Positions 19,561-29,476 are shown, counted from the stretch's first letter. The stretch: DNA of 64,000 nucleotides from Thermodesulfobacteriota bacterium (GCA_965209225.1 OZ242379.1:934762-998761); one strand, 5' to 3'. The notes: a model not told the origin generated them from the sequence alone. Translations and numbers: made by a program.

Positions 19561-19968
19561 ATGCCGCCAATCGAAATAACACTTCTTTACTCATGCCTTC
19601 TGGCGATATTTCTTGTAATTCTGAGCATGAGAGTCATATATCTGAGGGGAAGTCCGTTTACCGATTTTCTGCGTAAGAAGGGCGACACAGTTTCACAGGA
19701 AACTCTTAACAGAGCTGTAAGGGGACATGGAAATTTAATCGAATACGCACCGGTGTTTCTGATTCTGATGCTTGTTGCGGAACTTAATCAACTGTCCTCA
19801 GCATACCTGCACTTTGCGGGTATAGCTTTTCTGATCGGCAGACTAATGCATGGGATTCTTTTCAGTTTCATGAAACAGAGAAGCATGTTCATGAGAGTTG
19901 GAGGGATGGTCCTGACGTTTCTGGGCTACGGTATCGTCGTGGCGATCAATCTGGGCCCCGTGTTTTAG
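19561..19968 (+). CDS. MAPEG family membrane protein (YecN-like)
   Basis: Three to four TM helices, RAVRGHGNLIEYAPVFL pattern. Confidence 0.7.
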   Translation: MPPIEITLLYSCLLAIFLVILSMRVIYLRGSPFTDFLRKKGDTVSQETLNRAVRGHGNLIEYAPVFLILMLVAELNQLSSAYLHFAGIAFLIGRLMHGILFSFMKQRSMFMRVGGMVLTFLGYGIVVAINLGPVF

Positions 19969-20073
19969 CTGAATGGGCAAGGTAAGCGAATTACACAAGA
20001 AATGGAGCAGGGGTCCGGAGTATATGTCTGCGTATGACGAGCTTGGACCGGAATTTGAAATCGCACGCTTGTC

Positions 20074-20259
20074 TTGCTTATTGGGGCTCGCACTCAGGCA
20101 GGGCTGACTCAAGCACAATTAGCCAAGAGAATGCAAACAACACAGTCTGCTGTGGCCAGATTCGAGGGTGGAAGGATTCATCCTTCCATAAGTACACTAA
20201 AGAAGATTGCGCAGGCAACCGGTACACGGCTCAAAATCAGTTTTGAAGCAATCAAGTAA
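20074..20259 (+). CDS. XRE-family helix-turn-helix protein (TTG start)
   Basis: GLTQAQLAKRMQTTQSAVARFEGG HTH_3 pattern; upstream in-frame stop limits the ORF. Confidence 0.6.
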   Translation: MLIGARTQAGLTQAQLAKRMQTTQSAVARFEGGRIHPSISTLKKIAQATGTRLKISFEAIK

Positions 20260-20324
20260 GAAACGCCTGTAACGATCTATACTGCGAATAAAGCGGAATA
20301 GTAACAACCGAAATGGTAAACAAG

Positions 20325-21002
20325 CTAAATTTGTCCTGTCGCTCCTGAGTAGAGTTTCCAGAGAGGAACGAGTCGCACTAACAAGTCTCGTGTTTCACGG
20401 ATAAAAGGGACGGGGTTGTTTGCGACCTCGCCTGGTTCACATGTCTGCAAGGCGCAAAGATGCGGTCCTTCAAGGAAGCTCTCTGCTTTTGCAGGGTCAA
20501 GCGTCCGGTCAATTTCACCATATTTTTCGCACGCGACCAGATCGATGTCAGATCCAAGGCCAATGTCTTGCGCAAGGTTGACGACGGCCCGTGAATCGTT
20601 TTCAATTTCTCCGGCCATCGGGGCGTCGGGGGAGAGCAGCGGAGTGGGTACGTAAAGTCCCCGCCATACGCCTTCCGGCTGAAAACCCAGAAACAATTGA
20701 GCATCAAGTCTTTTGCGCCCTTCTCTGTAAAAAAGAGCGAGCATGTTGTCTTTGTAAGGACTTTGCCCCTTGGCAAAACGCATGTCCCGGTTTATCCGGG
20801 TAATCGTTTTATTAACGGCGGGGCGGATCTCACAGTCTTTGATCAATTCGCGGAGATCGGGACCTATGTCTGTAACAGCTTGGCGTAGCGGGCCAAGCAG
20901 GTTTTTCTCGTAGCGCTCGCGATTTTCCTCAAACCATGTCTTGTCGCGCGGACTGCCGAGATCCTTTAGAAAACGGAAAGTTTCTGAGGAGAAGCGCTTC
21001 AT
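20325..21002 (-). CDS. DUF2461 (TIGR02453) family protein
   Basis: MKRFSSETFRFLKDLGSPRDKTWFEENRERY N-terminus typical of the family; the upstream ORF extension overlapping the aminotransferase was ignored. Confidence 0.75.
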   Translation of the reverse strand: MKRFSSETFRFLKDLGSPRDKTWFEENRERYEKNLLGPLRQAVTDIGPDLRELIKDCEIRPAVNKTITRINRDMRFAKGQSPYKDNMLALFYREGRKRLDAQLFLGFQPEGVWRGLYVPTPLLSPDAPMAGEIENDSRAVVNLAQDIGLGSDIDLVACEKYGEIDRTLDPAKAESFLEGPHLCALQTCEPGEVANNPVPFIRETRDLLVRLVPLWKLYSGATGQI

Positions 21003-21060
21003 GGATGTGTTATCCGATTTCAGTCCGCTTGAATAGCGGACGTCACATAAGTAAGGGTGT

Positions 21061-22200
21061 CTATGCCGTTCCCAGCATTTCCGATACTTTGGCAACACCA
21101 GCTCCGCTCGTGAAGTCGTGTCCCAAGGATCCCAGAATGGATTCAAGGGCCGAGACAAACGCCACCATGTCGTTTCGGTCGACATCTCCTATGTGGGATA
21201 CCCTGAAGATTTTTCCCTTGGCGTGGTCCTGTCCGCCCGCGACGGTCATACCGAATTTTGCCTGAAGCTCGGAGATGATCTTCCCCGCCCCTATCTCTTC
21301 AGGAGCTACTCCCACGGTAAGAGCCGGGCTCGCCGCGTCAGTGGTGAAAAGATCTATGTTGATCGCTTGTAGCGCCTCTCGGGTCGCAAGCGACATCAGT
21401 TCGCGTTTTCTGTAAATATTGTCCATTCCCTCTTCCATGAACCCTTCTATAACCTTGCCGAGGCCGATTATCAGAGTGACGGCGGGAGTCCATGGCGTCG
21501 TGTTTTTCTGGGCGCTTTTCTGGTAGTCGGCAAAGTTGAGATAGAACTTCGGGAGATCCGAGGTTTTGCTGAATTCCCAGGCTTTCTCGCTCATCGCCGC
21601 GAATGAAAGTCCCGGAGGAAGCATGAAAGCCTTCTGCGAGCCGCCAACTAGAACATCTATTCCCAGCTTGTCAAACGGGAGAGGAAACACCCCGACGGCG
21701 GTTATGCCGTCAACTATGAGCAGCACGTCGTCTCTTTTTGATGTAATTGCCGCGACTTGGTCGGTGGGATGCTTGACCCCTGTGGAGGTCTCGCTTGCCT
21801 GCATCAGAACAGCCCTTATCGAGGGGTCGCTATCGAGTTTTTCCTCTATCACTGCCGGGGAAACCGCCTCGCCCCAAGCAACCTCTATTTCATCCACCTC
21901 TAGTCCGTAGGCCCTCGCGATTTTCCCCCATCTCTCTCCGAACTTTCCGCCGTTTACCGTGATCACCTTGTCGCCCGCGCGAAGGGTGTTTACCACGGCT
22001 CCTTCCATTGCGCCGGTTCCCGAAGCCGCAAGTATGAAAACTTCGGTTTCTGTCTGAAAAATCTGTTTCAAACCTTCTCTTGCCTTCTCGAATACGGCTT
22101 CAAATTCCTTGGTTCTGTGATGGATGAGCGGTCTTGCCATCTCAACCATTATTTCGCTTGGGACCGCCACGGGGCCGGGGGTCAGCAGCAATCTTTTCAT
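21061..22200 (-). CDS. class V aminotransferase (alanine-glyoxylate / serine-pyruvate aminotransferase family)
   Basis: LLTPGP start, GGSQKA PLP-lysine motif. Confidence 0.85.
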   Translation of the reverse strand: MKRLLLTPGPVAVPSEIMVEMARPLIHHRTKEFEAVFEKAREGLKQIFQTETEVFILAASGTGAMEGAVVNTLRAGDKVITVNGGKFGERWGKIARAYGLEVDEIEVAWGEAVSPAVIEEKLDSDPSIRAVLMQASETSTGVKHPTDQVAAITSKRDDVLLIVDGITAVGVFPLPFDKLGIDVLVGGSQKAFMLPPGLSFAAMSEKAWEFSKTSDLPKFYLNFADYQKSAQKNTTPWTPAVTLIIGLGKVIEGFMEEGMDNIYRKRELMSLATREALQAINIDLFTTDAASPALTVGVAPEEIGAGKIISELQAKFGMTVAGGQDHAKGKIFRVSHIGDVDRNDMVAFVSALESILGSLGHDFTSGAGVAKVSEMLGTA

Positions 22201-22523
22201 TTTGATTTATCTCCTGTAGTGCTAGGAATTGGATAAAAACCGATAAACTACCCTAACATTCCTACTATTTCAATTGTGTTGTCGGTGCTTGTCGGTGCTC
22301 CGTTTAGTAATGAGTCAATTTGATCAGCGCAGTAAACTTTGGGAAAGAATTGACAAAATATCTTAGCATCTAAAAGGGGATTGGGCATATGATTCCCATT
22401 TCCTTTATATTTCCATTATCCGAGGCACGAAAAGATCAAGAAACGATCAAAGATTGGTTTACAATACCCGCTGATTCTAGGGTGCTTACTGTAAACACCT
22501 GACTTAGTGAACTGGAACAACTC

Positions 22524-22913
22524 ATGGCAATAATATACTCGGACGAGGAGATTAGATCGTTGGTTCAAGAACATAAGCCTTTGCCTGTTGATTGGCGTAA
22601 ACAGTCTGGTCTGAGACCCAAACGAGGTCACGATGAGCAGCAACTGGAATTTGTTGGTAGCGCAAACAGCAAATTCCGTATTATTTTCAGACGGAGCCAT
22701 ATTAATCCACTTGATTTTTCGATCATTCTTGCTGTTCATGTCCCTCAATCAAATCAAGTTTTTCGCCTTCGTCGTTACAATGGTAGAAGCCACGAGCACA
22801 CAAACCATATTGAAGATGTGACTTTCTACGATTTCCATATTCACTTTGCTACGGAGCGATATCAGGGGATTGGGGCACGGGAAGATGCCTATGCTCAACC
22901 GACCGATCGCTAG
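22524..22913 (+). CDS. hypothetical protein in AT-rich region flanking IS unit
   Basis: 129-aa ORF, no motif recognised. Confidence 0.3.
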   Translation: MAIIYSDEEIRSLVQEHKPLPVDWRKQSGLRPKRGHDEQQLEFVGSANSKFRIIFRRSHINPLDFSIILAVHVPQSNQVFRLRRYNGRSHEHTNHIEDVTFYDFHIHFATERYQGIGAREDAYAQPTDR

Positions 22914-22934
22914 AGCGATCTCTACGGAGCTCTT

Positions 22935-22942
22935 AAATGTTT
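22935..22942. repeat. left target-site duplication AAATGTTT
   Basis: Identical 8-mer directly abuts both IS termini, same strand. Confidence 0.7.
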
Positions 22943-23019
22943 GGGAATTATGTATTTGACTTGACAAGACATAACACAGGATATAGAATTGTGCCTAATC
23001 CCCTGAAAGGGCGCAATTC

Positions 23020-23388
23020 ATGGACTCTTGGAAGTTTGCTTGCACTGAAACCGCTATTTTCCTCTTCGGAGTTTGGGTAAGTTCTATGTTTCCAGATTTT
23101 TCCCATTGGATTTGGCCTGTTGTAGCCTTAATGCTTTTTCTTTTTGGAATGGGAAAGTTCGACACGCCTACAAATTGGATTTTCCGAAGAGAAAAAAAAC
23201 CTGCTGATGACAATATCCATGCAGAATTAGTTGCTCTTGCGAGAAGAGTTCAGCGAGGCGAAGCTACTTTCGAGCAGGAAAAACGATATCATACAATTCT
23301 TGCACGGCATCCCCTTTATTGGCATGATAACCCTGAAGATTACGAGAAGATAATACAGAAAGCACGTTCATTGGCCAGATTTGCATAA
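23020..23388 (+). CDS. cargo: hypothetical membrane protein
   Basis: Two predicted TM helices, inside IS unit. Confidence 0.4.
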   Translation: MDSWKFACTETAIFLFGVWVSSMFPDFSHWIWPVVALMLFLFGMGKFDTPTNWIFRREKKPADDNIHAELVALARRVQRGEATFEQEKRYHTILARHPLYWHDNPEDYEKIIQKARSLARFA

Positions 23389-23607
23389 TTGTTGATATTG
23401 TTCAGTCGCTTTCTTCGTCTTCGTAAATAGTAATTTCTTCCCCTTCCGGTGGAACCCCCATCAGAACTCGGACTACATCGTCAAACTCCAACTGCGACAT
23501 GTCGGGAATCTGTGGTTCGGTTTCTTTCTTGTCTGGCATTACTGGGCACCCCTAAGCTTTTCAGAATGGGTACAGTCTACCTGATTCCGAAGATTTTTCA
23601 ACGTCAT

Positions 23608-23979
23608 CTAATGTCTCTGCTCTCCCATTATCCCTAACTGTTCTCGGATTTTTCTTTCCTGTTCACTTAACCCTTGTTTCTCCTTCTTTTTCATTCCCAA
23701 TTGCCTTCTGAACTCATCCCCGCTGTCGTCCATAGAGAGAAAAGAACCCATTTTGGAAGCAACGCTTCTTCTTGGTTTTCTTTCGGGCAACTCTATGCCA
23801 TGCTTGATGGCTATTTTCCGTAATATCTCCAGTTCTTCCTCTTGTGCCTCGGCTCTTTTTGCTTCTTGGTGGCTTGAGGCTATCTTAAAGGCTGCATTAG
23901 TCGTAGTGTTGAAAACACCGAGCACAAGCATAAAAAACATAAAAACACCACCAATCAGAATCCATATCAGAAACAACAT
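23608..23979 (-). CDS. cargo: hypothetical membrane-anchored protein
   Basis: N-terminal TM helix then charged coiled region. Confidence 0.4.
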   Translation of the reverse strand: MLFLIWILIGGVFMFFMLVLGVFNTTTNAAFKIASSHQEAKRAEAQEEELEILRKIAIKHGIELPERKPRRSVASKMGSFLSMDDSGDEFRRQLGMKKKEKQGLSEQERKIREQLGIMGEQRH

Positions 23980-23992
23980 TCTTCAAACCTCC

Positions 23993-24142
23993 TTAGTCAT
24001 TCGGGCAATGGCACTCGATTGCGTTCCCTGCTGTGTCCACGACCTTGGTTTCGCAGTTCACGGGGCAATCCTCCAAGTCGAACAGGTCGCAAGCTGCGAC
24101 GAGCAGAAAAAGCAAAACGCACAACCCCCAAACAACTTTCAT
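23993..24142 (-). CDS. cargo: small Cys-rich lipoprotein (about 49 aa; mature peptide about 31 aa with 5 Cys)
   Basis: MKVVWGLCVLLFLLVAAC lipobox signal followed by CPVNC...CHC. Confidence 0.4.
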   Translation of the reverse strand: MKVVWGLCVLLFLLVAACDLFDLEDCPVNCETKVVDTAGNAIECHCPND

Positions 24143-24155
24143 TTTCTCAAGCCCC

Positions 24156-24446
24156 CTAATCGGGTAAGACCCGGTAATCTCCGTACTCATTTATAATCAC
24201 TTCATAGGAATATGTTGAGCGATTACATTTCACCTTGAATCCTGTTTTCCCCCACAGTTTTCGCACTATCGTTACACTGTTGCATGGATAGCCAGATGCG
24301 TGAATAGTGGCAACCAGTGTACCAACATAGCTGGATAAGCCTGAACCGATATACCCATCGGGTTCTATAGTTACGGTCTTTGCGTCCCAGGAAAAGAACA
24401 CAACAGAGGCAACGAAAATGACGCTAAACAGCAGAACCTTCTTCAT
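24156..24446 (-). CDS. cargo: small secreted hypothetical protein
   Basis: N-terminal signal peptide MKKVLLFSVIFVASVVF. Confidence 0.45.
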   Translation of the reverse strand: MKKVLLFSVIFVASVVFFSWDAKTVTIEPDGYIGSGLSSYVGTLVATIHASGYPCNSVTIVRKLWGKTGFKVKCNRSTYSYEVIINEYGDYRVLPD

Positions 24447-24787
24447 GAGTCACCTCCTGTTTTCTTCAGCAGTTCCTTCATCCTGTCGAAATCTGTTACC
24501 AGCCGGGGTTCTCCAGCGAAACAGTCCTTATCGTAAGAAACCATCGTATAAGCGGACTTCTCGCCTATTGACGCAAAGACATACATGTCCTTGGTTTTCG
24601 GGTCGCATCCGATAACTTCAACCTCGTCAAAGTCACCTGCATCCTTTAACTCTTTATAGGCTTCCTCAAGGGCGACCGTCATCGCCCGGCATGAAAGGTG
24701 ACAGATTTCTTCTCCCCGTGCCTGATTGACGGCACAAGCCACCCCCATGACCCCAAACAGGGTCATAAAGACCAACAATGTTCTCAT
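24443..24787 (-). CDS. cargo: small secreted/lipoprotein hypothetical protein with 4 Cys
   Basis: Signal peptide MRTLLVFMTLFGVMGVACA; 4-bp overlap with downstream gene. Confidence 0.45.
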   Translation of the reverse strand: MRTLLVFMTLFGVMGVACAVNQARGEEICHLSCRAMTVALEEAYKELKDAGDFDEVEVIGCDPKTKDMYVFASIGEKSAYTMVSYDKDCFAGEPRLVTDFDRMKELLKKTGGDS

Positions 24788-25052
24788 AGTAATCTCCTAC
24801 GTGTTTGGGGTTAACAGAGGTGGCACGGGGTGCCTCGGCATAAATTGGTGCCGGGTCTTGTCGACACCAGATAGAATCTGAAGTTGCGTGTATTCCCCGA
24901 GACCGGGTCTTGTATTGGACGCAAACCCGGCGGAGCGGGTTCTATCCAGTGTCGACATTCTAACTATATCACACCGAGGAAGGGTAATCTATGAGAATTT
25001 CGTAATCTTGAGAAACGGGTATAATTCCCGCAAGCAAAATTAGGAGGTTGTT

Positions 25053-25298
25053 GTGACGGAAGACCTGCTTAAGGATGTAAAAGGGGATTTTGAAAACATA
25101 GAAGAGGTAGAAAAACACGACGAAAGAGGAAGCGATTTCTTGTTTGTTAAAGATGTACGCTTTAGAAAATCAAAAGACCCAGAAGGCAATACTTTGGTGA
25201 TTTTTGAATTTCAAGGTCTTACGAAGCTTAGGGCCGTAAAAATATCTGCTGAAAATCTCAAACGACTTGAGAAGCAGATTCAGATTTATCGCAGTTGA
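25053..25298 (+). CDS. cargo: hypothetical protein (GTG start, ggagg RBS)
   Basis: 81-aa ORF. Confidence 0.35.
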   Translation: MTEDLLKDVKGDFENIEEVEKHDERGSDFLFVKDVRFRKSKDPEGNTLVIFEFQGLTKLRAVKISAENLKRLEKQIQIYRS

Positions 25299-25503
25299 CG
25301 AAGATGTTTATATCCCAGCCGTTGACATTAAACCACAGTATAGAATCTCTGTAATTTCCGCTTGAAGAGAATCCTTCCTCCGCTATTTTGCCAGCCAAAT
25401 CTCGAAGTTTGACTATCGTTTCCTCAAATTCCCTGATTAACGGCCTTTCATAATCCGAATGGCTATCGGCAGTTTTTTCTACAAGTTCCGGCAATGCTTC
25501 CAT
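25258..25503 (-). CDS. cargo: hypothetical protein
   Basis: 81-aa ORF convergent with previous. Confidence 0.3.
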   Translation of the reverse strand: MEALPELVEKTADSHSDYERPLIREFEETIVKLRDLAGKIAEEGFSSSGNYRDSILWFNVNGWDINIFVNCDKSESASQVV

Positions 25504-25537
25504 TTCCCATCTTACTACTGGGGAAATGGGTAAGTTG

Positions 25538-26476
25538 TCAAGAGATAAGTTCTTTGTAAGTCAGCCTTTTCCCCACAAGTCCGTTTATCGTGGCGTTTAT
25601 CTGGTCCATGGTGTCCATGGGGCGGACATTGTTGCGGTTTGAAAACTCGTCAATGTACTTCTGAAGGTGCTTGACGCTCATCTTGTGGTAAATGCCGTAG
25701 TATCCACGCTTCAGTAATGCCCAAAAGCTTTCTACGCCGTTAGTGTGGGCTTCCCCTTTAACGTATTCTCCGACCGAGTGATGAACCGTTGCGTGTTCAT
25801 ATCCCTTTTCCTTCAGTCCCGAGTAGCTTTTGTAGTCATCGGTAAATATCACGCTTCCCTTTTCCACATGACTGAGGATGATCCAGTGAAGGGTTTGAGC
25901 ATCAGTGCTTTCCACCCGCAGAGCTCTTACCTTTTTGCTTTCCCTATCCTTGATTCCCACAACCGGAGTTTTGCCTACAGCGCCACGTCCCTTTTTGAGC
26001 TTCTTTTTCTCGTGCTTGTTCTTTTCCAGTCCTCCGAGGTAAGCCTCGTCAACCTCTACGATCCTTCCGAAAAGACGGGAAGCGTTGTTGGCCCAGCCCT
26101 GGCGGATTCTGTGAGCAAGGAACCACGCTGACCTCTGCTGTATTCCGAGATCGTTTCCGAGCTTGGTACTGGATACACCCTTTAAGGAAGTGGACATAAG
26201 GTAGATAGCCATCAACCATTTCCGGTAGGAGAGGGGGCTTTCTTCCATTAAAGTTCCGGTCTTGGCACTGAAATACTTGCGGCAGGGCTTGCACCAGTAA
26301 GGCATTTCCTTGTGGCTTGCTTCCCTGGTTTCTTCGGAACCGCAACGAGGGCAGCTCCTTCCGTCCGCCCATCTCATTTTCTCAAAATGCTTCCTGGCTT
26401 TCTCTTCCGTGTTGAAGAGTTCCATAAAGTCATAAAAACTGATTCTTTCTCTTGCTGACTTGGGTTTCTGTCCCAT
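25538..26476 (-). CDS. IS1595-family transposase (N-terminal zinc ribbon + ISXO2-like DDE domain)
   Basis: CPRCGSEET...CKPCRKYF zinc ribbon; DDE region with HTNGVESFWALLKRG. Confidence 0.9.
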   Translation of the reverse strand: MGQKPKSARERISFYDFMELFNTEEKARKHFEKMRWADGRSCPRCGSEETREASHKEMPYWCKPCRKYFSAKTGTLMEESPLSYRKWLMAIYLMSTSLKGVSSTKLGNDLGIQQRSAWFLAHRIRQGWANNASRLFGRIVEVDEAYLGGLEKNKHEKKKLKKGRGAVGKTPVVGIKDRESKKVRALRVESTDAQTLHWIILSHVEKGSVIFTDDYKSYSGLKEKGYEHATVHHSVGEYVKGEAHTNGVESFWALLKRGYYGIYHKMSVKHLQKYIDEFSNRNNVRPMDTMDQINATINGLVGKRLTYKELIS

Positions 26477-26549
26477 TGAACTGACCTCCTTAACTGTGTA
26501 AAATTCTACACGATTTAAAAAGGTTTGTCAAGTCAAATACATAATTCCC

Positions 26550-26557
26550 AAATGTTT
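26550..26557. repeat. right target-site duplication AAATGTTT
   Basis: Identical to 22935-22942; 8-bp TSD is the size expected for the IS1595 family. Confidence 0.7.
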
Positions 26558-26623
26558 GATTGAGGATGTAAATCTTGAAGTTCCGCATGAACTGCAAGGC
26601 AATCTTTTTTAGGAGGTTGAACA

Positions 26624-27409
26624 GTGTCCATTGAAGCCATAGAGCGAGATTTTCGTGAGAAAATTTCGACCAAGATTCGTCTCGAGGCAGAAGGTGTGGA
26701 GCGCTTCCGCGTGTTTACCCCTTTTTTGTTCGAGGATGGAGATCATTTAGCAATCGTTCTCAAAAGAGAGGGAGCGCGATGGTTGCTCTCCGATGAGGCT
26801 CATACATATATGCACCTTACCTACGATATCAATGAACGGGATCTTCACAGTGGTACGCGCCAGAAAATAATCTCCAACACATTGTCTACATTCAAGGTGG
26901 AGGATCGCCATGGAGAGTTGGTGCTTGATGTGCCGGATCAGCGTTACGGTGACGCGTTATATTCTTTTATACAGGCGCTCCTGAAGATTTCTTACGTATC
27001 ATATCTGTCGCGAGGCCGTATCCAGTCCACTTTCGCAGAGGATTTTCGAACATTCCTGAAAGAAGTTGTTCCGCGAGAGCGCATGAGTTTTGACTGGAGC
27101 GACAAAGAGCGTGATAACCTTGGGATTTACACGGTGGATTGCCGAATCAACAGCATGCCCCGACCGCTTTTTGTACATGCTCTTTCCAATGACGGTAAGA
27201 CCCGCGATGCCACAATTGCGTTGCTTCAGTTTGAAAGATGGGGGATTCAGTTTCGTTCTCTGGCTGTTTTTGAGGATCAGGAGTCGATCAATCGAAAGGT
27301 ACTGGCACGTTTCAGCGATGTATGCGAGAAGCAGTTCTCAAGCCTGACCGCGAACCGCGAGAGAATCACACGTTTTCTGGAGGAAAATATTTCCTCCATC
27401 TCCGGTTAG
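26624..27409 (+). CDS. hypothetical protein (IS inserted just upstream)
   Basis: 261-aa ORF, no confident family assignment. Confidence 0.45.
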   Translation: MSIEAIERDFREKISTKIRLEAEGVERFRVFTPFLFEDGDHLAIVLKREGARWLLSDEAHTYMHLTYDINERDLHSGTRQKIISNTLSTFKVEDRHGELVLDVPDQRYGDALYSFIQALLKISYVSYLSRGRIQSTFAEDFRTFLKEVVPRERMSFDWSDKERDNLGIYTVDCRINSMPRPLFVHALSNDGKTRDATIALLQFERWGIQFRSLAVFEDQESINRKVLARFSDVCEKQFSSLTANRERITRFLEENISSISG

Positions 27410-27490
27410 CGCTCAATATCCTCTCCGTCATTTTTTCTTGAATTAGCAGGCAGTTTCTATACTATTAAGCGGAAACAGGAGGGGACTCAG

Positions 27491-28613
27491 ATGAAAGAAG
27501 AACTCAGCGCTCTGATGGAAAGTCTTGGGGAAAGAATCCAGAAAATGGGAGACTATCTTTGACCTGCCTTCCAAGACTGAAAGGCTCAGAGAGCTTGAAG
27601 AAATTACCGCGGGTCCCGGTTTCTGGGATAACTCCGAGCTAGCGCGCAGGACGCTTCAGGAACAGTCCGAAATCAAAGAGTCCGTTTCGGGATTCGAGAA
27701 GCTCCGTTCCGACATGGAGGACGCGGCGTGTCTTCTCGAACTTGCGGTCGGTGAAGACGATCAGGATTCGATTGAAGAGGCGGGCACCATGCTTGTGTCC
27801 TTAGAAGTCAGAGTCAACGAACTTGAGTTCGCGCGGATTCTTGGCGGTCCTGACGACGCTCGAAACGCCATAATATCGGTAAACGCCGGAGCGGGGGGAA
27901 CTGAAGCCCAGGACTGGGCCGAGATGCTTCTCCGCATGTACCTTAGGTATATCGAGAGAAAGGGATTTTCCGCAGACCTGATTGAGACTCAGGACGGAGA
28001 TGAGGCCGGGATAAAAAGCGCCACAATTCTTGCCCAGGGGAAATTTGCCTTCGGTTATCTAAAGGCGGAGACAGGGGTTCACAGACTGGTGAGGATATCT
28101 CCTTTTGACTCGAACAAAAGGAGGCACACTTCGTTTGCCTCTGTTTTCGTTTCTCCAGAGATAGATGATTCAATAGAGGTGAACATAGAGGAAAAGGATC
28201 TGCGGGTTGACACTTACCGCGCGAGCGGAGCGGGCGGACAGCACGTTAACAAGACGGATTCCGCGGTACGCATCACCCACCTGCCAACCGGGGTCGCGGT
28301 CAGCTGCCAGAACGAGAGATCGCAGCGCCAGAACAGGGAAAGCGCCATGAAGATACTCAAGGCGAGGCTTTACGAACTGCGCAGGATGGAGGAGAAACAG
28401 AAAGAAGAGGAGCTTAATTCCTCGAAAAAGGAAATCGGCTGGGGAAGCCAGATAAGATCGTATGTCATGCATCCCTATCGCATGGTGAAGGATCACCGCA
28501 CCAGTTTCGAGTCCTCGGGAGTTGATGCGATACTTGACGGAGAGATAGATGATTTTATAGAATCGTATCTTCTGCATGATTCAACTGGAGACTCAAGGGA
28601 GGGACCGACTTGA
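27491..28613 (+). CDS. prfB: peptide chain release factor 2, requires programmed +1 frameshift at CTT TGA C (27557-27563)
   Basis: Frame 0 gives MKEELSALMESLGERIQKMGDYL then TGA; the +1 frame continues DLPSKTERL... to the GGQ motif and SPF-type RF2 body; aggagg RBS before 27491. Confidence 0.9.
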
Positions 28614-29476
28614 AATTCGGTATAACGGGCAAGAAGGACAGCACGGAAGTCTATGAGATTGCCAGGCGCTTGTGCGGATGGCTTCATGAAAGAGACGTAG
28701 AGTTCTTTGTTGAGGAGAACCTCGGGCGGAGCATAGACGCCGAGAACTTGCTTGCGGAGTCAGACCTGGCTGCGACCGTCGACATAATAGTGGTGTTCGG
28801 GGGTGACGGTTCTTTTATCTGGGTTTCAAGAATGGCGCAGGGACACAATGTCTCGATACTGGGGTGCAATCTCGGCAGCCTCGGGTTTCTCACCGAGTTC
28901 ACGGTGGATGAGTTTTTTCCGATGATGGAAAGAGTGCTTGCCGGAGATTACGAGATTGAGAAAAGGGACATGATATCGTGCTGCGTAGACAGAAAGGACG
29001 GAGAGCGGGAAGAATTCACGGTACTGAACGACGTAGTTATAAACAACGGTCCAATTTCCAAGGTTGTGGATCTCTCCATATATATAAACGAAAAATACGT
29101 TACGACCTTTAAGGCTGACGGAATTATCTTTGCGACCCCTACCGGCTCAACCGCCTACTCTCTTTCTGCGGGCGGGCCGATAATTTATCCGACGCTGCCC
29201 GTGATAACCGTCACTCCAATATGTCCGCATATCCTTACCAACAGGCCTATAGTGGTTCCCTACACGAAAAAGATAAGGACAAGGGTGCTTACCGACATAC
29301 AGAACACTTACCTTACGCTTGATGGGCAGGTGGGAGTACCTCTTTATCTCGGCGACGAAGTTGTTCTTGAAGGTTCGGAGAGTTACGTGAATATCATAAA
29401 ATCTCCTTTTAGGGATTATTTCAACATTCTTAAGACAAAGCTTATGTGGAGCGGGAGATATGAAAATTCCGAGTGA
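28610..29476 (+). CDS. nadK: NAD kinase
   Basis: VVFGGDGSF and NDVVINNG motifs. Confidence 0.9.
   Translation: MKFGITGKKDSTEVYEIARRLCGWLHERDVEFFVEENLGRSIDAENLLAESDLAATVDIIVVFGGDGSFIWVSRMAQGHNVSILGCNLGSLGFLTEFTVDEFFPMMERVLAGDYEIEKRDMISCCVDRKDGEREEFTVLNDVVINNGPISKVVDLSIYINEKYVTTFKADGIIFATPTGSTAYSLSAGGPIIYPTLPVITVTPICPHILTNRPIVVPYTKKIRTRVLTDIQNTYLTLDGQVGVPLYLGDEVVLEGSESYVNIIKSPFRDYFNILKTKLMWSGRYENSE

Larger units (their letters stand above)
22943..26549. mobile_element. IS1595-family transposable unit (3607 bp) with perfect 25-bp terminal inverted repeats, transposase and cargo genes
   Basis: gggaattatgtatttgacttgacaa at 22943-22967 equals the reverse complement of 26525-26549; flanked by an 8-bp direct repeat AAATGTTT. 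Confidence 0.75.

Noticed and set aside
20034-20246. Upstream small ORF as a possible toxin partner of the XRE HTH protein
   Set aside because: Too short (27 aa in frame before a stop) and overlapping; no toxin fold evident.
22943-23020. Possibility of a second, oppositely oriented IS1595 copy starting at 22943
   Set aside because: No transposase ORF follows; the sequence diverges after 25 bp into cargo genes.
25521-25548. Internal imperfect inverted-repeat-like sequence (gggaaatgggtaagttgtcaagag) suggesting the IS ends here
   Set aside because: The perfect 25-bp inverted-repeat pair and matching 8-bp TSD are at 22943/26549, so the larger unit is the better-supported mobile entity. The smaller IS may still transpose independently.
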